Positions 39,263 to 48,545 of a stretch of 64,000 nucleotides of DNA are shown piece by piece; the first letter of the stretch is position 1, and every line of letters begins with the position of its first letter. Under the pieces are notes generated by a model that ran no database searches, was not told the origin of the DNA, and saw only the letters and a program-made list of their open reading frames with translations. Made by a program: the position numbers and the translations under genes. This DNA comes from Promethearchaeota archaeon (GTDB lineage Archaea > Asgardarchaeota > Lokiarchaeia > Sigyniarchaeales > SOKP01), in contig JABCSY010000004.1 in NCBI GenBank assembly GCA_018238625.1, forward strand, positions 1 through 64,000, read 5' to 3'.

Positions 39263-40168
39263 TTAACTAAATACATTAGTTCCTTTCTGCTCTAAGAGAT
39301 TTCGAATCTTTACGAGATAGCTTCTTTTATAAAATTGAATTTTTGATTCTGAAAAAGGTAATAAACTCCAATAATAAGCCAGAATCTCTTCAGGATGTAA
39401 TCTGTGCTGGTTGTTGTAGGGGTCAATTTCTTCGCACAACTCAAATAATTTAAGTGGAGGAGTTATGAATTTTGGTCGGTTGTTTTCAAATAAAGGCAAG
39501 CATTTATTATCTTTCATTTCAAACTCAAGAAATGTAAAACGGAAGTATTCAAAAAAATATCCACCTCTAAAAGGAGTTTCAGAATAGAGAAAAGGAACTG
39601 CTTTTATCTGGGCCCCGTTATTTTGAAATGTTACATAGCAGTTCTTTCCAATTGTATCCGGATTTGACACATATAGGTGTTTATATTCGTTAGGGACATC
39701 TAATTCGGGACAAGCTGTAAATCCAAGTTTAAGATATAAGTCATTCCGGAATTTTGTGTTAGTAGTGCTAATTACGTGAAAAAGTTCGTGTGCGATTAGT
39801 TCTTTTAATTCGTCGTATGGCCATTGAACCATAGAAATTGGGACATAGATAGAAGTATTCCTCGTGTAAGCGGCATCGCATTCCTCTCGACCTGTGGTTT
39901 TTATAAGTTTAACGCTGTCCAATAGGTATTCTTTGTACGGCGCGTAGCAAATGTCCAATTCGCTGAAAATTCTATTAACGATAATTTCCTCAGAATCTGT
40001 CCATTCAACCGTTTGTCGGGAAAGAAACTCCACCAAGTCTTCTTTCGATACCTTTTCCGTGGTTCCTAAGCGAGACTGTAAGTCAAACTCGCTAAAATTA
40101 GAAATATAATCGTCTTTTTCGGCGATTACGGAAGATGCTGTTTGAGCATCAAGAAGTTCAGCCTTCAA
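39263..40168 (-). CDS. Putative zinc metallopeptidase (HExxH)
   Basis: 'AAYTR...IY' followed by 'LIAHELFHVIS' and a downstream 'HPEEILA'. GGTGA RBS before the TTG. Confidence 0.7.
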   Translation of the reverse strand: MKAELLDAQTASSVIAEKDDYISNFSEFDLQSRLGTTEKVSKEDLVEFLSRQTVEWTDSEEIIVNRIFSELDICYAPYKEYLLDSVKLIKTTGREECDAAYTRNTSIYVPISMVQWPYDELKELIAHELFHVISTTNTKFRNDLYLKLGFTACPELDVPNEYKHLYVSNPDTIGKNCYVTFQNNGAQIKAVPFLYSETPFRGGYFFEYFRFTFLEFEMKDNKCLPLFENNRPKFITPPLKLFELCEEIDPYNNQHRLHPEEILAYYWSLLPFSESKIQFYKRSYLVKIRNLLEQKGTNVFS

Positions 40169-40426
40169 TTAATTTTCACCCTAGTAAAATATGCTGATGG
40201 ATTTAATGATGAAAATTATGAGATAGTATTTAAGAAAACAGAGGGTAAAAAATTAGTATTTTAAATAAAAAGGAATTGTTATTTGGTTTAATAAACCCTA
40301 TTCTTTTTTAATTATCATAAAACTTAATTTTAAGAACAAGAATTTGCATTATTTATGGAACAAGAAGTTTTTTTGACACAAGAAACTATTCTGTAATTTA
40401 AATACTCGTTTAGGATCTAAGATTTT

Positions 40427-41803
40427 ATGGTTTATTTTAAGATTAATGGTTTAGGATATAACTGCGGACTAACCAAGGATAATTGCCCACAGAAAGCGCA
40501 ATCTTGTAGGGAATGTATTAAAAAGCGATTATTGGATTTAGGATTCGAATTTGAGTCAACCTTAGAGGTTATTAAAATTGATTCTGTCGATAAACAGCTT
40601 AAACTAGAAAGAAAGACCATTTGGAAGAAATTTTTAGATGTCTTGAATATCAAACATATTCTCTTAATGGATAAGCGTTCAGGGCTAACTTTATTAAATT
40701 ACGCAGTCTCAGGTGTCGATATTGATGCGGATTTACTGAGCGGCTTTATTCAAGCCAATATTACTTTTTCAGAATCTAGCGAAGTTTCGAACAAAAACAT
40801 CGTACCTTCCTTCGAGTTTCAATTCTACGAATTTCAATATAAGAAGTTTAACATTCTACTTAAAGACGGTGATATTATCAGAGTTTGTTTAATTCTAGAT
40901 CATAAAGCATCCATTAAACTAAGAAATCAAGTATTTCAGTTCTTAGAGGATTTTGAACCTCAATTTAAAGATGAACTTATAGATTTTCGAGAAAGGGGCG
41001 TGTACATTGATTTTCAAGACATGATAGGTTACATCGTTGAGTTTTTTAACATTAACCTTATGTTTCCCATGACTTTAGCTCGCTCGATACCACCTTATGA
41101 ATTAGATAAAGTAAAAAAAAATCGAGTTCAGAAAGCCATATACAACCTCGCAAAAGAAATGCTAGGCATAAAGCCCTTTTTTTTCATAAATAACATGCTC
41201 ATTAGACTAAAAAAAATTGCTGATATTGAGGACGAAGTTATTCTTTATGAACTCTATCAACTATTAGAGCGTAAAATTATATCTCCAACGCCGATAGAAA
41301 CAATTGCAAATAACATTGAGTCAGTTCAGTCCACAGATCAGAATAAATTGATAAAATCGAGTTTAATAGCTCCAATTATTAATAATAATACCGATCTGGG
41401 GGATTTAAAAGAACAATTAACAACTATGGACGTTTACTCAGCGAGTAGATTGATAAGAGAGATTATGAAAAAAGCTCGAGCCGCAGCAAAAGATTCTAAA
41501 TTTCAGGTATCCTTAAATGAATACAATAGAGCGCTATTAATTGCTAAAGAGCTAGATTTTAAAGAAGAAATAGCGAAGATATCGCTTAAGATTTTTAACA
41601 TCGAAAGTAAGTCCAAATACATTGAGCTTGATTTTAATATTGAAAAAGCAGAAAATGCTGAAAAAAAAGGCGATGTATTCAATAGCATCAACTATTATCA
41701 ACATGCGTTAAAAATTCTCGATGAATTCAAGGTGTACAATGTCTTGGATCCCAGAATAAGAAAAATTAAAAAGAAGATCCAAAAACTCAGAGAAGAAATA
41801 TAA
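40427..41803 (+). CDS. Longin-like domain protein with N-terminal Cys cluster and C-terminal TPR-like helices
   Basis: 'IKHILLMDKRSGLTLLNY...DADLLSGFIQA..TF...F.ILLKDGD.IRVCLILD...S..LR.....F...FE' follows the longin/roadblock pattern. N-terminal four-Cys cluster; C-terminal helical repeats. Confidence 0.65.
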   Translation: MVYFKINGLGYNCGLTKDNCPQKAQSCRECIKKRLLDLGFEFESTLEVIKIDSVDKQLKLERKTIWKKFLDVLNIKHILLMDKRSGLTLLNYAVSGVDIDADLLSGFIQANITFSESSEVSNKNIVPSFEFQFYEFQYKKFNILLKDGDIIRVCLILDHKASIKLRNQVFQFLEDFEPQFKDELIDFRERGVYIDFQDMIGYIVEFFNINLMFPMTLARSIPPYELDKVKKNRVQKAIYNLAKEMLGIKPFFFINNMLIRLKKIADIEDEVILYELYQLLERKIISPTPIETIANNIESVQSTDQNKLIKSSLIAPIINNNTDLGDLKEQLTTMDVYSASRLIREIMKKARAAAKDSKFQVSLNEYNRALLIAKELDFKEEIAKISLKIFNIESKSKYIELDFNIEKAENAEKKGDVFNSINYYQHALKILDEFKVYNVLDPRIRKIKKKIQKLREEI

Positions 41804-42169
41804 AATCGGTTTTCTGAAAGAATAGTTTCTACTAAAATATTAGTATTCAGATTTTAATTTGTAACTTTAATTTCATAAGATTGTTTAAATCTCTCCTAAT
41901 TCATACGATTTTTGATATCATTTTTTTAATATTTAATATTATATTTATATGGTATGTAGGGGTAATGTTATTTAGCAAACAAAATACGGTTTCTAAGCAT
42001 TGCGTAAAAAAAAATTAAGTATAATGAGATAATAGAGAGTATTACTAATTGTCTTTCAAAAATATAAATCTACAGCTTAGCTTAAGGTGGGAAAAAAATA
42101 GTAAATAATAGATTAATAAAAAAAATAACTACAAGAGTACTAACAGATAGTTCTGAAATTTTAACTTAT

Positions 42170-43123
42170 TTGCAATTTGGAACTAATATTCCAATTCTCC
42201 CTGATCTTTCAAAATACATTTTACATGATCTGGAGTACTTTAAAGCAAAATCCATTTTGCTATTAGAAGGTGGAAATCCTGTTGGACAAGTATTAGTATA
42301 TGACGATGGGCGAGATGCTTTATTTTTTGGATATTTTGGCATATTGAATCATAATAGTGCAAAAATAAATTTTTTAATTGATGAGCTTATTAAATATGCG
42401 AAAGAAAAAGAATATAAATTAATAAGAGGACCAATAAATATACCGGTAATTATATATGGATGGGGATTTATGAAAGAAGGTAGTTTCGAAAGTTTATTTA
42501 TTACTAAACCTGTAAATCCTCCAATATATCCAAAAACATTCTTAAAAAAGAAATTTTATGTAAAATCTGAACAGGTGACTTGGTTAGGTCCTCGTTTACC
42601 TCGATTTGATCCATGGAAACTCAAGAGATATGATTATAGTGATTACGAATATTTTTACCCTAATGATATTGCTGATTTTAAAAAGTATAAATCCGATTTT
42701 TTAAGAATACATGCAGAAAACTTGCCCCTCTCCGCTCAAATTACTCCGAGGATAAATGGGGTTTATGATAGTTATGTAGACTTTGTTTTTAGATATGGAT
42801 TTAACTTTATGATTTTTTTTGTAAAATTTAAACCTACAGAAAAAATTGTTGCTTGTGGAGCTTATTTACCAAATCCGTTTAGAAAGGATTTAAAAGGAAA
42901 CTATGATTCTTGTGTAATCTATACTTGGGCAGTTGAATCTAAACATAGGCGTAAGGGATTAGGAATGCTAATGTATGGGGCTACATCTCAATTACTATGG
43001 AAACAAAAAATTAAATATGGTATAGGCCCTATGCCTAAAAGTAATATTGCCAATATGGGTTTTGCGGTGAAACTTGGTGGTGTTATTAGTAGAACTCATC
43101 TTATTTTTGAATACAAGGTATAA
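42170..43123 (+). CDS. GNAT-family N-acyltransferase (double GNAT; start may be upstream at ATA 42098)
   Basis: 'FFGYFG', 'IRGPIN', C-terminal acetyl-CoA-binding motif 'WAVESKHRRKGLG'. Confidence 0.75.
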   Translation: MQFGTNIPILPDLSKYILHDLEYFKAKSILLLEGGNPVGQVLVYDDGRDALFFGYFGILNHNSAKINFLIDELIKYAKEKEYKLIRGPINIPVIIYGWGFMKEGSFESLFITKPVNPPIYPKTFLKKKFYVKSEQVTWLGPRLPRFDPWKLKRYDYSDYEYFYPNDIADFKKYKSDFLRIHAENLPLSAQITPRINGVYDSYVDFVFRYGFNFMIFFVKFKPTEKIVACGAYLPNPFRKDLKGNYDSCVIYTWAVESKHRRKGLGMLMYGATSQLLWKQKIKYGIGPMPKSNIANMGFAVKLGGVISRTHLIFEYKV

Positions 43124-43248
43124 TAAAAATAATAGGTTATGTTTATAATGTAGATAGGAGATGTTAAATAATGACAAGATCGGCAGGAATAGACTCAAAA
43201 GTTTAAAGAAAATGAAAGAAATTAAATATTATATTGATATGAATTAAA

Positions 43249-43578
43249 TCATAAAGGATAATTAGAGCGAAATGAAGTTCCTTTTTTTCCTTTAATCAAA
43301 TCTTTAACATCTTGTTCGATTAATCTAAAATTATTATCTCCTTCAACTTTAATTTCATATATTGGTTTAAAATTCTTTTTGTTTTCGAATAGATGGATTA
43401 TATAAGAACAAGGTACATCAATAATTGATATTATTATCCACTTCCTATTTTCTTCTTCATTAACATCTTTATAATTAAATATTACATTTTGTAAAGTGAT
43501 TTCACATATATTTTCGAATTTTTTAATTTTTATTTGATAATTAATACCCAGTTTTTCTAATGCTGCTAAAAGATTCAA
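43249..43578 (-). CDS. Hypothetical protein
   Basis: 109-aa ORF with protein-like composition; no recognised motif. Confidence 0.45.
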   Translation of the reverse strand: MNLLAALEKLGINYQIKIKKFENICEITLQNVIFNYKDVNEEENRKWIIISIIDVPCSYIIHLFENKKNFKPIYEIKVEGDNNFRLIEQDVKDLIKGKKGTSFRSNYPL

Positions 43579-43764
43579 AGTATTATCGGATAAACCATCT
43601 ATCGCTTTAATATAATCATCTTAAAAGTAATAATTTTAAAAAAAATTTATACAAACCTATAATGAAAGAATTTCTATATAAATTCAATTTTTCAAGTATT
43701 CAAATAAAAAGGAATTGCGATTTGATTTGAGAGTTATTTTAAATTGAAAAAAAGCTATTTATTT

Positions 43765-44481
43765 TTATAACTCACGCCCGATTCCATAATAAATAAAAAT
43801 TGCTGAGGAGATCATTAGAAAAAAAGTAACTACAACCCACACCGACCTAAAAAGAGGGTCTTGCCACGTGATATAAAGAACTGCCCCATAAAGTATTAAA
43901 TACATCCCGAAAACACCAATAATAAAAGTTATGAGTTTCTTCTTAAGTATTTTATCTTGAAATGTTTTTATTAAGCGTCTTGAATATATCACTGTTGGTA
44001 TAACAATACATCCTGTAAAAATAATATAAATACACATAAAAAAAGTCCAACTATAAATCGGTCGCCACTGTTCGGTAAATGTAATTCCATTGGGAATAAA
44101 AAAAAATAACCCATTAACAAAACCGTAAATTATTGTAATAATCAATTGTTTTTTTATTGTGAATACAAATTCAAGCTTAAGTATGCTGACTATAAATGTA
44201 AGGATAAAAATAGGTGAAAACAGCATTGGATAAAATGTGAAGATGTAAAGTATTTGTAACAACAATACATTGTCAGGTATAAATGCTGCTGTTACAATAA
44301 AAATAGCATTAAATATTAATCCGAAAGCTGTAAAAAAATAAACCATGCTTAAAGTAAGAATGGGACGCGGTCGATTACGTATTAGTAATTTTATCGCAAG
44401 AAATAAAAATATACATGCTACAATCAACTGTGGTATAAAAATGATTAATAATCTTGACGGATCTGTTGATTGTAATATCAT
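43765..44481 (-). CDS. Stand-alone 7-TM membrane protein (HisKA_7TM-like sensor domain)
   Basis: Seven hydrophobic segments with short loops and no cytoplasmic output domain. Confidence 0.65.
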   Translation of the reverse strand: MILQSTDPSRLLIIFIPQLIVACIFLFLAIKLLIRNRPRPILTLSMVYFFTAFGLIFNAIFIVTAAFIPDNVLLLQILYIFTFYPMLFSPIFILTFIVSILKLEFVFTIKKQLIITIIYGFVNGLFFFIPNGITFTEQWRPIYSWTFFMCIYIIFTGCIVIPTVIYSRRLIKTFQDKILKKKLITFIIGVFGMYLILYGAVLYITWQDPLFRSVWVVVTFFLMISSAIFIYYGIGREL

Positions 44482-44601
44482 GTTATAACACTACCTTTTA
44501 TTAACCACTTAGTTAATTTAATATAGTATTTCTATTATTAATTGTTCATTCTTTTATTTAAGTGTATAAATATGTGAATATAAATTAATGTTTATTCACA
44601 T

Positions 44602-45453
44602 TTAGAATTTGAAATTTATTGATTTTGACTGAAAATAATCGTATCCAATTATCTGAGGGGCAAGAATCATCCTTTTTATTTTAAGAACTCCCGAAAAAAT
44701 CACCTCAAAAGTAAGATACGAAGCAGCTATTCTTACTAAAGGAGCCATTGCTATAAAAGGAAGATTTCCTGAAAATATCCCGTCCATGGCACCCTTTTCA
44801 CGATCATAACGCGAGATTATTTCGGGAAACTGTGTCAATTTATCTAAAACCTGCTTTTTAATGTCTATTAAAACCGATTTTGATTGATAAATTTGGGGAA
44901 TTGTCATTTTATTTGTTTTAAAACCATAGCAAGTTTCGTAATCCTCGCTTTCAGAAGTAAACCACCACGCCCAAAGGTAAGGCACCGCCCATGCTTCTAG
45001 CATTAAAATCTTTAGTTCTCTACATTTACGCGAAATCAGTATAGAAACAATAGGATCGTCTAAAGTTAAAGCCACAACGGAAGAACCCTCTATAATTTTT
45101 AATACATTTCGCTCGTTAACTTCGTAATACTTACATACATTAATTTCGGGGTTAATATTCTTTAGTAATTTTTCAACTACATCGACTTTGTATTCTCCTA
45201 TATCTGCTCTTACGCATACTTGTCTGTTTAGATTAGATTCTTCAAACTTGTCGTTATCGCATATAACAAGATTTTCGCATCCAGAGCGAGCAAGTTGTTC
45301 CGTTAGTGGCCCACCAAGACCTCCTTGACCAAGAATTGTAATCCGAGCTTTACGAAGTTGTTCTTGTTCAATAAATGTTACGAGCCCGATATTTCTATTA
45401 ATTTGATTCCAATACGACTGAGACCAATTTTTAGGTCGTTTATCTTCAAACAT
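44602..45453 (-). CDS. ThiF/MoeB/E1-like adenylyltransferase
   Basis: 'RNIGLV...EQEQLR', 'ILGQGGLG', 'DNDKFEESNLNRQ'. Confidence 0.88.
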   Translation of the reverse strand: MFEDKRPKNWSQSYWNQINRNIGLVTFIEQEQLRKARITILGQGGLGGPLTEQLARSGCENLVICDNDKFEESNLNRQVCVRADIGEYKVDVVEKLLKNINPEINVCKYYEVNERNVLKIIEGSSVVALTLDDPIVSILISRKCRELKILMLEAWAVPYLWAWWFTSESEDYETCYGFKTNKMTIPQIYQSKSVLIDIKKQVLDKLTQFPEIISRYDREKGAMDGIFSGNLPFIAMAPLVRIAASYLTFEVIFSGVLKIKRMILAPQIIGYDYFQSKSINFKF

Positions 45454-45609
45454 AATAATCCGATTTTAATGATTAAATAACATATTTCAAAATTTTATAC
45501 ACTCTTTTCGTTTGCAGTTTTGGCTTAACTATTTCCCTTATCCTATAATCTTTGAATTATTTTTCATCGGAGAAATGTTATAACATAATTACCATTTAAT
45601 AAAAAGAAT

Positions 45610-46857
45610 TTACTTTTCTCTTATTTCTTTAAAATATTTTATAATTTTAAGAAACTCTTCCGTTTCTGGAATTAGTTTGATATCTTTATTTAATTCTTTT
45701 TCGTGATATACAAACAGTACTTGGTCTTCAAACAAATTTTTAGCTTTATTGTACTTGAAAGCGGGAATGTAGCCTGTTGGTTTAAATCCGGCATTAAAGA
45801 AAATCGTTTGATGTGCGGGATCATAAGCGGAAATATATGCTTCAAAATAGCGTAGTCTCAATTCCTGAGTTATTGATTTTATCTCTTTTAAAAACACATA
45901 TAACTCCTCTAAATTTGAAACTTTATAAACCACTTTTTCTGCGATACAGATATTATCGTAGTGTAAAAATTCAAAGAAAGAATTAGTTCCTTTTATCGAA
46001 ATAGTAATTTGCTCGTTACCAAACTTGTCCCTTTCAGCTCTTCTCTTTAAAAGCGAGCTTATGTTTACAATTTTATCCTTATCTAATTCTGAATCTAATG
46101 TATCGTAATTTTTTATTGCAGGCAGTCCTAAACTATAGTTTTGAAAAGCGTAAAAATAACAGAAAATCGCCTGAGATATTATTTTAGGTTTTTCAGAGCT
46201 TCTGTAATTAAATAATGCTTTCCGATTGTAAATAATAAATAAGATTTCTGATTCGGAATGGTTAAAAAATATGTCCTTATTAGGGAAAAACGCTGTTGGG
46301 TTAAATCCTGTTAACTTTGCTATATGTTGGATACTAGAAAAACTTGAGCGAATTTCAGCAAACCAAATTAATATTTGATCTTTAAATTTATACATAGGAG
46401 CAACCACACAGGCGATACTAGCAGTGGATATGTCTGCTTTATGTTGATAGTTCTTTCTAAAGGCGAAGCCAAAAAAATTTCCAATTTTTTTTTCAAAATC
46501 GAGGTGAAGGCCAATACATCCTATTACTTTGTTGGGTTTAAATCTAAAAATTATCCAATAATAATTGGGACTTCTTATCATGCTCCGAACTTCAGAGATA
46601 TCCTCCATTCTTTTATAAGGATAAGTATTTTCATAAACTTCCTTGAAGATATTTGTGATTTCCTCTGCGTCCTCTTCTGTGGCAAACTTTAATGAGGGAA
46701 TTCTCTTTCCGTTCCTTATGGGGTTTTCAAAATCATACCCTTTTTCTAAATCCATTTTCCTTGAGTAAGGATAATTTTTGAGCATATCCTCAATAGTAAT
46801 GATATCCTCTTTAGATTTAGAAACACTTTTAGAAAACATTATTAAACGGCTATCCAT
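45610..46857 (-). CDS. GNAT-fold protein (multi-domain)
   Basis: 'FATEEDAEEI..IFKEVY..TYPY', 'GF.PTAFFPNKD', 'GFKPTGYIPAF' give repeated GNAT-like C-terminal motifs. Confidence 0.6.
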   Translation of the reverse strand: MDSRLIMFSKSVSKSKEDIITIEDMLKNYPYSRKMDLEKGYDFENPIRNGKRIPSLKFATEEDAEEITNIFKEVYENTYPYKRMEDISEVRSMIRSPNYYWIIFRFKPNKVIGCIGLHLDFEKKIGNFFGFAFRKNYQHKADISTASIACVVAPMYKFKDQILIWFAEIRSSFSSIQHIAKLTGFNPTAFFPNKDIFFNHSESEILFIIYNRKALFNYRSSEKPKIISQAIFCYFYAFQNYSLGLPAIKNYDTLDSELDKDKIVNISSLLKRRAERDKFGNEQITISIKGTNSFFEFLHYDNICIAEKVVYKVSNLEELYVFLKEIKSITQELRLRYFEAYISAYDPAHQTIFFNAGFKPTGYIPAFKYNKAKNLFEDQVLFVYHEKELNKDIKLIPETEEFLKIIKYFKEIREK

Positions 46858-47059
46858 AAGCTACTTAACATTATTATTATTTTATTATTAAATTTATGGA
46901 ATATATAGGGGATAACTTATAATGACAACTTATAAAGGAAAAATTTTCGTCAACAAAAAAAGATTATTTTGTTTAAATCTAATCAGTTATTAGATGTATA
47001 ACTTGTTTTTAAATTCCAACAAGATCGTTGAAAAAATTATTTGCCAATTTTTCCAATAG

Positions 47060-47100
47060 TTCGAAGTTTGAGTAAAGTTCACGATTCGAAACTATTTATA
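47060..47100 (+). promoter_or_regulatory. Promoter with TTCGAAGTT operator matching the peptide-array promoter
   Basis: TTCGAAGTT (47060) ... AAACTAT+TTATA (47089) has the same 29-nt offset as TTCGAAGTT (38369) ... AAACTAT+ATTAAA (38398). Confidence 0.55.
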
Positions 47101-47175
47101 GCATCATACTTATCAGATACTAAAAGAAATTGAATTAAGTATTTAGAATCAATTTTTTAGGAGTTTTGAAAAAGT

Positions 47176-48471
47176 ATGGAAGAATTAACTACGAAAAAAA
47201 CGTTTAGGCATTACCTTTATTTTATGTTTGGGCAACAGTTTTCGCTGTTAGGCTCAGGAATTGTTGGTTTTGTAATCGCGTGGTGGATTACGATTGAAAC
47301 ACAGAGTGCTGTGTTTCTTTCAATTGCGGTATTTGTAATATTTGTACCGCAAGTTATTGTTACGCCATTTGCAGGCGTCTTAGCTGATAGGGTGAACCGT
47401 AAAACGATTATCTTTATGGTAGATTCTCTTCAAGCGGTTTTAACTTTTGTATTGTTCCTATTTTTCTTTATAGGATTAATTAATATTTGGGTGATATTTG
47501 TAATACATACTTTGCGCAGCGTTCTTTTTGCGTTTCACGTACCAGCATTTCAAGCGATTATTCCATCTATGGTCCCAAAAGAAAGATTAACTCAAATTAA
47601 TGGCTTCAATTTTCTTATTTCGGGAGTGGTTTTTATAATAGGACCCTTATTGTCGGCTATACTTTTAGAATTGTTTCCAATAACATTTATTTTTTTAATT
47701 GATGTTCTGACTTTTGTAATGGCTCTAATTCCGTTGCTATTGATAACAATTCCCCACGAAAATAAATCCTTAAAGGAATCAGAATCAGAAAAGAAATCGT
47801 TCACGAGAGAATTCAAGGAAGGTTTCCTTGTCGTAAAAGCAGTGCCAGGTCTCTTAAGCATGATAGTATTTGCTATGATTTTTAACTTCATAAATAGACC
47901 TTTTAACGTGTTATGGCCTTACTTTATTAACATAACACATGGTGGAACAGCGCTACATTTGGCTTTACTTTTTGGTTCTATGCAGATAGGAAGATTGCTT
48001 GGCTCTTTAATTACATCGATCAAAAAAGAGTGGAAACATAAGATCAAAATCAATATAATTGGAGCATCGATATTTTTTGCCTCGTATTTACTAATAGGTC
48101 TTGCACCCTATCAATCGTTTAATTTAATGATGATTGGTGGATTTTTCGGTGCGATAATCTTTCCAATAACAGTAGCTACTTATTTAACGATATTACAAAC
48201 AGTAGTTCCTTCGGACAAAATAGGAAGAGTTATGTCAATAGATCATACGATTTCTATGGCAATAGCCCCTATTGGTGCTCTAATGGCGGGACCTATGGCG
48301 GATTTAATAGGTATTAATACTTTATTAGTTATTTGCGCTTTCGTGGGTATTATCTATCCCTTTCTCTTATGGATTTTCACAAAGATTAGATATCTCGAAC
48401 ATCCTCGAGAAAAGGAGGAAATAGTTGTACCTAAACAAGAAATAATAGAATTGAAAACTCAAAAAGCTTAA
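47176..48471 (+). CDS. MFS transporter (MefA/DHA3 efflux-like)
   Basis: 'GQQFSLLGS', 'PFAGVLADRVNRK', 'LQTVVPSDKIGRV'; about 12 TM segments. Confidence 0.9.
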   Translation: MEELTTKKTFRHYLYFMFGQQFSLLGSGIVGFVIAWWITIETQSAVFLSIAVFVIFVPQVIVTPFAGVLADRVNRKTIIFMVDSLQAVLTFVLFLFFFIGLINIWVIFVIHTLRSVLFAFHVPAFQAIIPSMVPKERLTQINGFNFLISGVVFIIGPLLSAILLELFPITFIFLIDVLTFVMALIPLLLITIPHENKSLKESESEKKSFTREFKEGFLVVKAVPGLLSMIVFAMIFNFINRPFNVLWPYFINITHGGTALHLALLFGSMQIGRLLGSLITSIKKEWKHKIKINIIGASIFFASYLLIGLAPYQSFNLMMIGGFFGAIIFPITVATYLTILQTVVPSDKIGRVMSIDHTISMAIAPIGALMAGPMADLIGINTLLVICAFVGIIYPFLLWIFTKIRYLEHPREKEEIVVPKQEIIELKTQKA

Positions 48472-48545
48472 TTTTTTTTTTCTCTTTTTTTTGTCTAGAT
48501 AATCGGTTAAATAATTTTTTATAAGACAATAGTAATAATTATACT

